Below, piece by piece: positions 33,180-43,530 of a DNA stretch of 64,000 bases; within the stretch, counting starts at the first letter, position 1, and every line of letters begins with the position of its first letter. The DNA is from Spirochaetales bacterium (lineage in GTDB: Bacteria > Spirochaetota > Spirochaetia > JABEVK01). The position numbers were made by a program, and so were the translations under genes. Location: assembly GCA_037142615.1 (NCBI GenBank), contig JBAXAI010000007.1, forward strand, positions 64,001-128,000, read 5' to 3'. The notes below the pieces were generated by a model that made no database searches, had not been told where the DNA came from, and was given only the letters and a program-made list of their open reading frames with translations.

Positions 33180-34715
33180 TTACGGGGCGTTTTTCGAAAC
33201 GTTGCCGAGGTGCTCTTTTTTTTTGTCCACCTCGGAAGCCTGACTTTCGAGCTGGACCAACAACGTGTCGAGGTTTTCCAGTTCGCTTTCGGCGCGGTGC
33301 AGCAATTCGGTCAACGTGTAGGTGACAAATCCAGACTCCTGAACTGTCCGGACCAGCAAAGCCTTGGCGTCGCGCACCTCCAAAAAGTCCGCTTTCAGGT
33401 GGTGAACAAACCCTTGGCTGAGGCGCAGTTGGGTGGCGAACTGCTCGCCGTAGGCCTGAAGGAGTTGCTGGGCCTTTTGAAAAAAGGTCAGGGTGACGCG
33501 GCTCGACTGGCCCACGTCAGTCTCGATCTTGCGGGTGAGCGCGCTCATTTCGGTGGCATTGTCGCGCATGGGGCCGAGGGCTTTGTGGCGCGCCACCTGA
33601 ACCCGCGAAGCCAGATCGACGTTGCGGAACTTAGCCAGGAGGCCATCGAAGGCCCGCAGCAACTCCACCAACCCCGCGACACTCTTCTGCAGCGGGACGC
33701 GCTTGCGGAAAGACGCCTCTCGTTGGCGGTTCGAGTCGGCCACCGAAGCGACAAAGTGCGCAAACAAGTCGTCGCAGACAGAAAACCAACGGTCGAGTCC
33801 CTCTGGTCCCGAGCCGAGGTGGGTCGAAAGCAGCGCCTGCCGCTGTTCTTCCAAAGTGTCGACTTGCTCTTGAATCTGGCTTAGCGCGGCGCGGCAACGA
33901 TCGCGGTCGTGCTCCACCTGGCTCGACACCTCGGCCAAAGCCAGCGCGACTTCTTCCAGGGTGGCGACCGAAGGCTGCAACCGTTCCAGAAGTTGACGGA
34001 TGCTCGCCAGGCTCAGGCTAGGCATCGTCCCCTTCGTCCGGGAACTCTCGGTCAGGTTCGCCCGTTGGCCCACCAAGCGGAGGCCCTCGACGAGCCGAGC
34101 CCCGCTGCCTCGCAAACTCTCAAGGGCTTGCGACACGCTCACCCGGAAGGCTTGCAGGTCAGCTTGGGTCCGCTGGCCCAGCGACTGTAACTCTTCCCGG
34201 TAGCTGGCAAACGCGGTGCCCAGCCGGGTTTCGCCGCCAGCGATCTGGTCGGTCAAGGCCATCGTATCGTTGGAAAGTCCCTTGAGCTCCGTCGTGATTG
34301 TAGAAAAGGCGCGGCCTGACTCGCCGGCTTTGACGGCAATCACCATTGCGTTCAAACTGATCAGCTCCATCAGGATCGAGTCCTCGCGGATGGCATCGAT
34401 GGAACTTCCCAACTGGGCCAAGGCCTCAACCTGCTCGCCAAGGTTCGACAGCAAAATCTCGCCCTCGGTGTGCGAGGCCGCCATTGTTTCGGTGTGATGC
34501 TGGATCAAGCCCACCAGCGAGGCCAACTTCGCGGCCAAGGCGTCGCCTTCCGGTTGGCCGGGGAAACCGTGCGCCAGCCCACCGGTCTCGAGTTCGTGCG
34601 CCAGGGCCCCCATCGTGTGCTCCAAACGGGAATACCCCTGCGACACCGAGGCGGCAAGACCCTCAAGGATTTCCAGAACGGCTTGGCGAGCGGGGTCAGA
34701 ACCTGAGGGATCCAT
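33180..34715 (-). CDS. Atypical soluble MCP-like protein with two degenerate signalling tips
   Basis: LISLNAMVIAVKAGESGRAFSTITTELKGL and second FRNVDLASRVQVARHKAL; no TM; divergent from cheA. Confidence 0.75.
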   Translation of the reverse strand: MDPSGSDPARQAVLEILEGLAASVSQGYSRLEHTMGALAHELETGGLAHGFPGQPEGDALAAKLASLVGLIQHHTETMAASHTEGEILLSNLGEQVEALAQLGSSIDAIREDSILMELISLNAMVIAVKAGESGRAFSTITTELKGLSNDTMALTDQIAGGETRLGTAFASYREELQSLGQRTQADLQAFRVSVSQALESLRGSGARLVEGLRLVGQRANLTESSRTKGTMPSLSLASIRQLLERLQPSVATLEEVALALAEVSSQVEHDRDRCRAALSQIQEQVDTLEEQRQALLSTHLGSGPEGLDRWFSVCDDLFAHFVASVADSNRQREASFRKRVPLQKSVAGLVELLRAFDGLLAKFRNVDLASRVQVARHKALGPMRDNATEMSALTRKIETDVGQSSRVTLTFFQKAQQLLQAYGEQFATQLRLSQGFVHHLKADFLEVRDAKALLVRTVQESGFVTYTLTELLHRAESELENLDTLLVQLESQASEVDKKKEHLGNVSKNAP

Positions 34716-34821
34716 CCCAGCATTATCTCTGTAGTGGTAGGCCGGGTCAAGTTTTCCACCAAAGAGTTGGCACTTGCGTTGTGCATTGGCTTGCCTTAAC
34801 ATTTTTCTTAAGGGGCATGGC

Positions 34822-36984
34822 ATGAAGCTACCGGAGTTGACAGTTTTGTTCCAAAAACTCCAATCCATTGCGAACAATTGGCAGTCTGGCGACCTAATGC
34901 AGATGGCAGCGCTTCAATCTGCCTTCGCGGAATACGTCGGACACCCTGGTTTTGCCAAAGTTCCCAAAAAAGAACAGAGGGTCTGGATCGAAGTTCAGGA
35001 TTCGTTGTGGGACCTGCTCAACGACGAAAAGGAAGTCGCATGGCTCGAGCTTTTGAGGCAAATGCCTTCCCCGGGCCACCATGAACCCGAGCCTGAGCCC
35101 GGGCCTGGACCGTTGACCCCGGCACTGGCACCGGCACCTCCCGCAAGCGTCGAACCAGTACCGTCGGCCGAGGGCGGCTTGTACCCGGCCGGCTACTTCG
35201 ACCACATCATCCAGGATCCCAAGATGCTGGGCCAGTTGTGCGACGAGGTCAAAGAGCACATGGACATCGCCCAGTTCACGCTGGTCGACCTTGAATTTGA
35301 CTCCACCAACCCCGAGACCATCAACAAGATCTTCCGGGCTTTCCACACCATCAAGAGTTCGGCCGCCTTCTTGGGCCTGAAGAACCTCGAGGAATCCGCC
35401 CACGCCATCGAAGACGTTATGGTGCTGGTGCGCGACGGCGTCATTCCCATCAACAAAGAACTGATCAACCTGATCTTTTACGGTGTAGGGCTGCTCAAAG
35501 ACCTCGTGGGCATCATCGAAAGCTCGAACTTCCAGCTTCCGGTGATGATCGAGAGCTTCCGGCAGATCGACATTTACGCCCCCATCGCGGTTTTCAAAAA
35601 AATCCACTCCGACCATGGGGCACGCAAGATCGGCCAACTGCTGCAGGATTCCGGCCAGCTCGACAAGGCCATGGTGGCCAAGATCCTCGAGACGCAAAGC
35701 CAGACCAACCAGAAGTTCGGCGAAATCGCTGTCGAGCAGAAGTTCATCAGCGAAGAAGACCTGCGCATGTCGCTCAGGCGTCAAACCGTCGTGGCCCGCC
35801 GTTCCAGCTTTGTCAAAGTGAGCAACGAAAGGCTCAACAGCCTCATCGACATCGTGGGCGAGCTCGTCGTCAACCAGTCGATGTTGCGGGCGTACCTGCA
35901 AAACCCCGACAGCGCGCGCGAGACCGGCGAGCGAACCATCACCCAGCTCGAGAGCATCACCACCAACATCAAGAATCTGGTGCTTTCCATGGGCATGGTT
36001 CCCATCGCCGAAATCTTCAACAAACTCCGGGTGGTGATCCGCAACACTGCCAACGAAACCGGCAAGAGCGTCACGGTTGACTTTCAGGGCGAAGACACCG
36101 AGCTCGACCGCAACGTGATCGAGTCGGTGTACGACCCGCTGGTGCACATCGTGCGTAATGCCGTCGACCACGGCCTCGAAAACCCCGCCGAGCGCAAGGC
36201 AGCCAACAAGGCCGCCGTGGGCAGCATCGTCGTGGCGGCCGACCACAAGGGCAACAACATCGAGATTTCGGTCAGCGACAACGGCAAAGGCATCGACCAG
36301 CCGCGGGTGCTCGCCAAGGCGCTCGAAAACGGCCTGATCACCGAGGCCCAAGCGGCGGCCATGACCGAAAAAGAAGTCTTCGGCCTGCTGATGCTTCCCG
36401 GCTTCAGCACCAAAGAAGCCGTGACCGAGGTCAGTGGCCGCGGTGTGGGCATGGACGTCGTCAAGCAGAACGTCGAGCAGATCCACGGCAAGGTCGAAAT
36501 CCAGTCGGTGTTCGGTCAGGGCTCCAAGTTCATCATCCGCATCCCGCTGACGTTGGCCATCATCGACGGCTTTGTCACGGTGATCGACGACATCAAGTAC
36601 ATCTTCCCGTTCAACCTGATCGAAGAAATCATCGTCCCCGAAGCCGAAAACCTGACGCGGCTCGACAACGGCCAAATCTTGCTGTTCGAACGCGGCCTCT
36701 ACACGCCGGTGATTCTGGCGGCCGACATTTTTGGCCACCCGGCAAATGACAAGGACCGCCGGTTGGTCATCATCATCAGTTACGAGAGCAACCGCTACGG
36801 CATCGCCGTCGACTCCATCCTCGGCAAGCAGGAAATTGTCATCAAGACGCTCAATGAGGCTCTCGAAAACCTCAAGACCTTTTCGGGCGGCACCATCTTC
36901 GGCGACGGCAGCATCGGGTTTGTCGTCGACATTGAAAAGTTCATCCTGGCGGCCCGGGAAGACAGCAAGGGAGGCATTTCGTGA
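34822..36984 (+). CDS. cheA: Chemotaxis histidine kinase CheA
   Basis: FRAFHTIKSSA (Hpt), HIVRNAVDHGLE, DNGKGID, PGFSTKEAVTEVSGRGVGMDVVK, C-terminal CheW-like domain. Confidence 0.96.
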   Translation: MKLPELTVLFQKLQSIANNWQSGDLMQMAALQSAFAEYVGHPGFAKVPKKEQRVWIEVQDSLWDLLNDEKEVAWLELLRQMPSPGHHEPEPEPGPGPLTPALAPAPPASVEPVPSAEGGLYPAGYFDHIIQDPKMLGQLCDEVKEHMDIAQFTLVDLEFDSTNPETINKIFRAFHTIKSSAAFLGLKNLEESAHAIEDVMVLVRDGVIPINKELINLIFYGVGLLKDLVGIIESSNFQLPVMIESFRQIDIYAPIAVFKKIHSDHGARKIGQLLQDSGQLDKAMVAKILETQSQTNQKFGEIAVEQKFISEEDLRMSLRRQTVVARRSSFVKVSNERLNSLIDIVGELVVNQSMLRAYLQNPDSARETGERTITQLESITTNIKNLVLSMGMVPIAEIFNKLRVVIRNTANETGKSVTVDFQGEDTELDRNVIESVYDPLVHIVRNAVDHGLENPAERKAANKAAVGSIVVAADHKGNNIEISVSDNGKGIDQPRVLAKALENGLITEAQAAAMTEKEVFGLLMLPGFSTKEAVTEVSGRGVGMDVVKQNVEQIHGKVEIQSVFGQGSKFIIRIPLTLAIIDGFVTVIDDIKYIFPFNLIEEIIVPEAENLTRLDNGQILLFERGLYTPVILAADIFGHPANDKDRRLVIIISYESNRYGIAVDSILGKQEIVIKTLNEALENLKTFSGGTIFGDGSIGFVVDIEKFILAAREDSKGGIS

Positions 36985-37346
36985 AAATCCTGGTCGTGGA
37001 CGACTCGACCGTCGTCCGTACGGTCGTCAAACAAGCCCTGGTGATGGCCGGCTACACCGACATAGCCGAGGCGGCCGACGGGGTCGAAGCGCTGCAGGTG
37101 GCCAAGGCGGCGACCGGTTCCATCGGGCTTTACGTGCTCGACGTGAACATGCCCCAGATGGATGGCATCACGCTGGTGGGTGAACTTCGCAAGTTCGACG
37201 CCAAGAACCCTATCGTGATGCTCACCACCGAAACCGACAAGGCCAAGATGGCCCGGGCGAAAGAGCTCGGAGCCACCGGCTGGATCGTCAAGCCCTTTGA
37301 CGCCGAGAAGTTCATCGGTGTCGTCAAACTGTTTGTCAAGAAGTAG
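36981..37346 (+). CDS. cheY: Chemotaxis response regulator CheY
   Basis: [27 protein letters not shown]. Confidence 0.93.
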   Translation: MKILVVDDSTVVRTVVKQALVMAGYTDIAEAADGVEALQVAKAATGSIGLYVLDVNMPQMDGITLVGELRKFDAKNPIVMLTTETDKAKMARAKELGATGWIVKPFDAEKFIGVVKLFVKK

Positions 37347-37372
37347 AAGTTCTCTTTAGTAAGGAGTGCATT

Positions 37373-39028
37373 ATGAAGTTCAGTCTTTCAGCCAAGTTGA
37401 TTGTTGGGTTTCTGGCCGTCGCGATTCTGACCCTGACGGTCGGTGTCGTCGGCTTTTTCAGTCTGCAGAGTACCTCGCAGACGATTTCGAGCCTCGGAAA
37501 GGAGAGTATTCCTTCCATCGTGGCCATCGAAGAGGTCAAGTCGAGCATGTTGCAGATCAAAACCATCCTGCGGACACTGACCTCGGCGTACATCAGCGAC
37601 GAAGACTACAAGCTCCAGATGGACAAGCTGGCCGAGGCTCGCAAAGCCTACGCCGAAGATATTGCTGTCTACGACGTGATTGCGCGAACGCCCCAGGAAG
37701 ACGTGCTTTACAAAGAGCTGATCCGGACCTTGGATATCTCGAAGGCCGACAACAACAAATATTTCGACCTTTACGCCAAGTTGAAGGCGGCTAAGACCAA
37801 GCCCGAGGACATTTCGCGGCAACTGACCGAACTGGCCAACGGTGGCGAAACTTCGGACAGTTTCGATGCGATGATGAAAGCGCTCAACGAGCACATCGCC
37901 TTCCTGAATCAGTACTACGGCAAGGACCAAGTAGATGTAGCCATCAACCTGGCCAACTTCCTGAATATTCTGATGCTCAGCATCTCGGGTGCAGGCGTGC
38001 TGATCGCCATGATTCTGGGAATCACCTTGGCCCGCTCGATCTCGCGGCCCATCACCAAGGTCACCGGCGAACTGCGCGAGGCGTCGAAGGCGCTCGAGTC
38101 GGCTTCGCTTCAGGTCAGCTCGTCGAGTCAGGAACTGTCTTCCGGCAGCAGCGAACTGGCGAGTTCGATCGAGGAGATGACGAGTAGTCTGGAAGAACTG
38201 CAGTCGATCATCGAAAGCAACACCAAGAACGTCAACCAGAGCGAACACCTGATGCAGGAAACTTCGACCGAGAGTCTGAAGGTCACCGAGCGGATGGGTG
38301 AGCTGAAAACTCAGTTGGCCGATATCGCCGGCAACTCCAAGAAGATCAGCAAGATCATCAAGGTCATCGACGACATCGCCTTCCAAACCAACATCCTGGC
38401 CCTCAACGCTGCCGTCGAGGCCGCCCGGGCCGGCGACGCGGGCAAGGGCTTTGCCGTGGTCGCCGACCAGGTGAAGTCGCTAGCCCAAAAGTCGGCCGAA
38501 GCCGCCAAGGAAACCGCCGACCTGATCGAAATCGCCATCGACTCCGTGGCCAAGGGCGAATCGCTGGGCCAGGTGGTGGTCGATGCGCAGGTGATCGCCG
38601 TCGACAAGGCAGGCAAAGTGGCTGTGTTGCTCGACGAGGTCAACCGAGCCAGCAAAGAACAGCTCAAGGGCGCCAACCAGATCAACCAGGCCGTGGGCCA
38701 GATCAATTCCATCGTTCAGACCACGGCAGCCAGCAGCGAAGAGAACGCTGCTGCAGGTGAAGAACTGCTGTCGCAGGCCGAAAGTCTGGCAGGGAACGTC
38801 AACCAACTGAACTTCATCATCACCGGCAAGGCGAGCGCCGAGGCTCCTGTCACCCGCGTGGCAGCCCGTGGCAACCGCACGGCCGCCCGTGGAGCGTCGG
38901 CCAACAAGCCGGCACAGGCATCGGCCGGTCAGCTTCCCCAGCCCGGCCATCAGGCTCCGCGCCGCGCCGCCACCGAAGTGACCAAGCCCGAAGACGTCAT
39001 CCCTATGAACGACTTCAAAGACTTTTGA
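37373..39028 (+). CDS. Methyl-accepting chemotaxis protein (four-helix sensor, C-terminal pentapeptide)
   Basis: Two TMs, [30 protein letters not shown], ends DFKDF. Confidence 0.95.
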   Translation: MKFSLSAKLIVGFLAVAILTLTVGVVGFFSLQSTSQTISSLGKESIPSIVAIEEVKSSMLQIKTILRTLTSAYISDEDYKLQMDKLAEARKAYAEDIAVYDVIARTPQEDVLYKELIRTLDISKADNNKYFDLYAKLKAAKTKPEDISRQLTELANGGETSDSFDAMMKALNEHIAFLNQYYGKDQVDVAINLANFLNILMLSISGAGVLIAMILGITLARSISRPITKVTGELREASKALESASLQVSSSSQELSSGSSELASSIEEMTSSLEELQSIIESNTKNVNQSEHLMQETSTESLKVTERMGELKTQLADIAGNSKKISKIIKVIDDIAFQTNILALNAAVEAARAGDAGKGFAVVADQVKSLAQKSAEAAKETADLIEIAIDSVAKGESLGQVVVDAQVIAVDKAGKVAVLLDEVNRASKEQLKGANQINQAVGQINSIVQTTAASSEENAAAGEELLSQAESLAGNVNQLNFIITGKASAEAPVTRVAARGNRTAARGASANKPAQASAGQLPQPGHQAPRRAATEVTKPEDVIPMNDFKDF

Positions 39029-39038
39029 GGAGGTAACC

Positions 39039-39506
39039 ATGGCCGACATCAACAAGTACCTGGTCTTCTCGATCGCTGACGAGCGTTACGGTATCCCGAT
39101 CACCAAGGTGCGTGAAGTCATCCGGCACGAGCACATTTCGGCGGTCCACAACGCCTCGGCTTTTCTCAAGGGAGTGATCAACCTGCGCGGCAAAATCATC
39201 CCCATCATCGACATGCGCATGAAGATGGGGATGGAGGAACTGAGCTACAACGACCGCACGGTGTTCATCATCGTTGACGTGAACGGTGAGCGCGAGGTGT
39301 ACAACTTCGGCATCGCGGTCGATTCGGTGCACGACGTTGCCAATATTTCTGACGACGACATCGAGAAGTTGCCCGATGTCGGCTTCCGGGCGAAAAGCGC
39401 GTATCTCCAGGGCATTGCCAAGGTAGCCACCCTGATGGTCATGGTACTGAACATCGACCGCATCTTGAGCACCGACGAAATCGTTGACCTGACAGGAATT
39501 GCCTGA
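39039..39506 (+). CDS. cheW: CheW
   Basis: YLVFSI..ERYGIPITKVREVI, GVINLRGKIIPIID. Confidence 0.95.
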   Translation: MADINKYLVFSIADERYGIPITKVREVIRHEHISAVHNASAFLKGVINLRGKIIPIIDMRMKMGMEELSYNDRTVFIIVDVNGEREVYNFGIAVDSVHDVANISDDDIEKLPDVGFRAKSAYLQGIAKVATLMVMVLNIDRILSTDEIVDLTGIA

Positions 39507-39508
39507 CG

Positions 39509-41053
39509 GTGAAGCGCAAGAACCGGCTCGAAACTCTGATCTACCTCGCTACCCTGCTGGCCCTTGCTACCTTTGAAGCCCTGTTCTTTGTGGTAGTTTC
39601 GGCGGACCATTTCTTGTGGGTGGCCCTTTTGTGCCTTGCCATGGACGCCGTCTTGCTTGCCGTCTTCTTCCAGGCAAGGCGAAGCAATTCGCGGGCCGAG
39701 GCCCTCCAGTTCGGCGAGGTCAGCGGCGCCCTGAAGAAGGTCTTGGACCTGACGAGGACCCAGCACTCGAGCTGGGTCACCATGCTCGACGGTTTGACGA
39801 CTTTACAGCCGGAAGAACAATTGAACCTCACCTCACTCGGAGAAGTGCTGGAAGCCGTCGACGACGCCAAGAATCCTCTGGCCCAGACAGCGCAAGGTAC
39901 GGCGACGATCGAGTCGATGATCGACGCCATCCAGACCTTCATCCTGGTGGATCAGGGCTTGATGAGCGATCTGGGAAAAGTTCTCAGGTTCTACAGCGAG
40001 GCCTACGACAAGTTCCAGCGGGTACGGACCGAGAACGACCTCAATCACTTCCGTCTCAACGAAACGGTGGATTTTCTCGGCAAGATGGGCACGGCCTCCA
40101 GCTCGTACTCCGAAAAGCTTGTTCTCGAGGTGCTTGAGTCTTTCCGCGAAATTACCCGCTCGACCGAGCAGATCGGCACCGAAGTTGCCGGTACCATGCA
40201 CCGCTTGATGGACAGCACCAACGAAGAAGGCCTCGACGCGATCAACCACCAAAGCGGGACCATCAGCGCCACCATGGACGGGTTCTTCGGCGAGCTCGAG
40301 GCTGCCATCTCGTATTCCCGCAAAACGGTTCAGGAAAACCTGGCCCAGATCGAGCGGGTCAAGGTGATGGCCGAGGCGATCTCGGAGTTTTCCGAGAGCA
40401 TCCGCATGATCTCGCTCAACCTGAATATCGAGGCTGCGCGGGTCGGGCAAAGTGGTTCGTCGGCAGCTGGGCGTGGCTTCAAGGTGCTTGCCACCAAGCT
40501 CAGCGAGTTTGCCCTCAAAGCCCAGGAACTCGCCAAACAGCAAACCGACATCATCGCCAGCGCGTCCGAAGTGATCTCGGCCAGTTCGGGCCACGAGACA
40601 GAACTCCTCGGTGGTCTGCTGCAGAAGGTTCCTGCGATTCAGGCTCAGTTGACTCCCTTCCGGGCGATCATCGGTAACGCTTTCGAAAGGTTTGAAGGCG
40701 TGGAAAAGGATATGTCCCGGCTGACGGTAGCCATCGATAGCAAACTCAAGGCGGTCATCGGCCGGCTCCAATTCCAAGACCTGGTGCGTCAGGAACAGGA
40801 CCACGTGCTGGCGATGTTCTCGCGTGTCCGCGACGAGGCCAGGGGAATCAGCGACGTGAACAGACCCCTGACCGCCGAGCAGGAAAGTGAGGCCCGGCAA
40901 AAGCTTATTTACTTCTTTGAGCGCATGGCATCGACGGAAAACGAATTGGCGGTCATCCGCGGCTACCGCAAAGCGCACGCACAACAGGAGGGGACCGGTG
41001 CAGGCCAAGACAACGATGACGCGGTGTCGGCTGGCTCGGTCAACCTGTTTTGA
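39509..41053 (+). CDS. Atypical membrane MCP-like protein with CheZ-like motif
   Basis: Two adjacent TMs, ISLNLNIEAARVG...GRGFKVLA, LQFQDLVRQ, ends GSVNLF. Confidence 0.8.
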   Translation: MKRKNRLETLIYLATLLALATFEALFFVVVSADHFLWVALLCLAMDAVLLAVFFQARRSNSRAEALQFGEVSGALKKVLDLTRTQHSSWVTMLDGLTTLQPEEQLNLTSLGEVLEAVDDAKNPLAQTAQGTATIESMIDAIQTFILVDQGLMSDLGKVLRFYSEAYDKFQRVRTENDLNHFRLNETVDFLGKMGTASSSYSEKLVLEVLESFREITRSTEQIGTEVAGTMHRLMDSTNEEGLDAINHQSGTISATMDGFFGELEAAISYSRKTVQENLAQIERVKVMAEAISEFSESIRMISLNLNIEAARVGQSGSSAAGRGFKVLATKLSEFALKAQELAKQQTDIIASASEVISASSGHETELLGGLLQKVPAIQAQLTPFRAIIGNAFERFEGVEKDMSRLTVAIDSKLKAVIGRLQFQDLVRQEQDHVLAMFSRVRDEARGISDVNRPLTAEQESEARQKLIYFFERMASTENELAVIRGYRKAHAQQEGTGAGQDNDDAVSAGSVNLF

Positions 41054-41868
41054 GTGACGAGCCCGCCCTATCGGATGCACTTTTTGCCCGACTTTCGGCG
41101 CTGCTTTTCCAAAAGACAGGAATTACCCTCAAGGACTACAAAAAATATCTGGTGGTGAGCCGCTTGGCTCGGTTCGTGGGACCCGACAAGGACTACTCGA
41201 CCTTTGAGGCCTTGTATCAGGCCCTCACCGTCGATGGCGATGGCGAACTGACCCAGGGTTTTATCAACGCGCTGACCACCAACTTCAGTTACTTCTTCCG
41301 CGACGCCGTCCACTTCACAGTGCTAGAACAGTACCTGCGCGACCGCGCGCCGAAGCAGGATTACCTGCGACTCTGGAGCGCCGCAAGTTCCACGGGCGAA
41401 GAGGCCTACACCATGGCCATTACGCTGGCGCGGTACGCAGGCCCCTTGCCGAGCGATCGGCGCATTCTGGCGACCGACATTTCAACCAAAGTGCTTGCCG
41501 TGGCCGAAAAGGGCGTCTACGGGGCCGAGTCGGCCGAACGCAACCTCGACCGACTGACGCGGGCCACCTACTTCGACGCCATCGAGTCAAACAAGATCCG
41601 GGTGAAAGACTCCATCAGGCGCATGGTCGACTTTCGCCAGCTGAACTTGCAGGGCAACTACCCGTTCACCAAGCTGATGGATGTGATCTTTTTGCGAAAT
41701 GTGATGATCTACTTCGCGCAAGAAGAAAAGGCCCAGATCATCGAACGGATGCATGACCACCTGAAGCCCGGCGGACTTCTGTTCATCGGTTTGTCGGAGT
41801 CGCTTGCGGGGATTCCCCACCACTTTCGTACTTTCCGCAACTCGACCTTCCAAAAGGTCAGGCCGTAA
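41050..41868 (+). CDS. cheR: CheR methyltransferase
   Basis: LTTNFSYFFRD, WSAASSTGEEAYT, FLRNVMIYF. Confidence 0.95.
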   Translation: MSDEPALSDALFARLSALLFQKTGITLKDYKKYLVVSRLARFVGPDKDYSTFEALYQALTVDGDGELTQGFINALTTNFSYFFRDAVHFTVLEQYLRDRAPKQDYLRLWSAASSTGEEAYTMAITLARYAGPLPSDRRILATDISTKVLAVAEKGVYGAESAERNLDRLTRATYFDAIESNKIRVKDSIRRMVDFRQLNLQGNYPFTKLMDVIFLRNVMIYFAQEEKAQIIERMHDHLKPGGLLFIGLSESLAGIPHHFRTFRNSTFQKVRP

Positions 41869-42356
41869 TGCATGAAGGCAGCCGGGCCGACTACTTCTTG
41901 AACTCTGGCGAACTGCTGTTCAGCTCCGAAGAATGCACGGTCAGGACGATTTTGGGTTCGTGTGTCGGGGTGGCTTTGCACGATCCGCACCTACGCGTCG
42001 GGGGCCTATGCCACTACCTTCTGCCTACCTCACCCGACGAACCAAGCAGCACCCGCTACGGCGACGTGGCGCTTCCCTACCTGATCTCGCGTCTGCGTAA
42101 AGCAGGTTCCGACCCAAAAAACCTGCGGGCCTGGATCGTGGGGGGTGCCTTGCTCCTCGACGCCCACGAGATCTTTTTTGTAGGCGACCGCAACGCGGAC
42201 TATGCCGAAACCTACCTGCGTACCCACAACATTCGGGTCGTCGCCAACGAAACGAGGGGCTACCTGGGGCGCAAGCTGGTTTTTCACACCTGGAACGGGC
42301 ACTTGCACGTGGAAACCATTCCCGCGAACTCGACCCGCAACATGCTGATCATTTAG
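41868..42356 (+). CDS. cheD: CheD deamidase
   Basis: TILGSCVGVALHD, GGLCHYLLP, VGDRN. Confidence 0.93.
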   Translation: MHEGSRADYFLNSGELLFSSEECTVRTILGSCVGVALHDPHLRVGGLCHYLLPTSPDEPSSTRYGDVALPYLISRLRKAGSDPKNLRAWIVGGALLLDAHEIFFVGDRNADYAETYLRTHNIRVVANETRGYLGRKLVFHTWNGHLHVETIPANSTRNMLII

Positions 42357-43419
42357 CCGCCAGTTCCACCAGACGCGCCGCGATACGGTCGAGAGGCAGC
42401 ACGTCCATGGCCGCTCCGAGCTCTACGGCCGCGCGAGGCATGCCCCACACGACCGACGAGGCTTCATCTTGCGCGATCGTCTGGGCACCGGCTTTGCGCA
42501 ACGCCAGCAAACCTTCTGCGCCGTCCTTCCCCATGCCCGTGAGCAGGGCGGCCACCACGTTGCGCCCAGCTACCTCGGCAGCCGACCAGAACAGGACGTC
42601 GGCGGCAGGCCTTTGGAACTGCACACGCTCGGTCGTGGTCAGTTTGGTGTACAACACGGCCCCCCGGCGCTCGACGGTGAGATGCAGCCCGCCGGGCGCG
42701 ATGTACACGGTACCATTGGCCAACGGTTCGCCGCTTTCGGCTTCCTTGATGTCGAGCGGCGAAAGGCTGTCCAGGCGCTGGGCAAACTGCTTGGTGAAGT
42801 TCGGTGGCATGTGCTGAACGATCAGAATAGGCGGCAGGTGGGCCGGCAGGCGCTGGAACAGGTACTCCAACGCTACGGTTCCGCCGGTCGATGACCCGAT
42901 GCACAGGATCTTGTCGGTGGTCTTGAAGGTGCGCAGGTGCTGGCCGCTCTCGAAGCGCGGCGCGGGCTTGTCGGTGTTGAACTTCTGCCGGAAGTCCTGG
43001 CGCTTCTGCACGTAGGTGTGCCGCACCTCGTAGGCCTGGCGCACTTTGTAGGCGATTTCCTGCACGATGTCGCCCACCGAAATGGCCCCTCCAGGCTTGT
43101 TCACCACGTCAAAAGCACCGATTTCGAGGGCCTTCATCGCGGCGTGGCGGTCACTGGTGGTCACCGACGACACGATGATCACAGGAATGGGAAAGAAGGT
43201 CATCAGCCGTTCCAAGAAGGTGATGCCATCCATGCGCGGCATTTCGATATCGAGGGTGAGCACGTCGGGCTTGAGCGCCAAGATTTTGTCGCGGGCGATG
43301 AACGGGTCGGGGGCCACCCCGACCACCTCGATGTCAGAAAACTGCGATAGCGCTTCGGCAAGCACTTCGCGCACAATGGCCGAATCATCGACGATCAGAA
43401 CCCGGATCCTGTCTGGCAT
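42349..43419 (-). CDS. cheB: CheB methylesterase response regulator
   Basis: VLIVDDS, TLDIEMPRMDG, IGSSTGG, VQHMP, LTGMGKDG, VWGMP. Confidence 0.96.
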   Translation of the reverse strand: MPDRIRVLIVDDSAIVREVLAEALSQFSDIEVVGVAPDPFIARDKILALKPDVLTLDIEMPRMDGITFLERLMTFFPIPVIIVSSVTTSDRHAAMKALEIGAFDVVNKPGGAISVGDIVQEIAYKVRQAYEVRHTYVQKRQDFRQKFNTDKPAPRFESGQHLRTFKTTDKILCIGSSTGGTVALEYLFQRLPAHLPPILIVQHMPPNFTKQFAQRLDSLSPLDIKEAESGEPLANGTVYIAPGGLHLTVERRGAVLYTKLTTTERVQFQRPAADVLFWSAAEVAGRNVVAALLTGMGKDGAEGLLALRKAGAQTIAQDEASSVVWGMPRAAVELGAAMDVLPLDRIAARLVELAAK

Positions 43420-43530
43420 GCGTTCCACCCTTTTTCAAGCCTAATTCGTGGTAGCGCAAAACGCAAACGTGAGCCGCAACGTTGCTTCCCGGCGGGTCGG
43501 GCAGTATCTTCGTGCACAAGGAATCCAACC

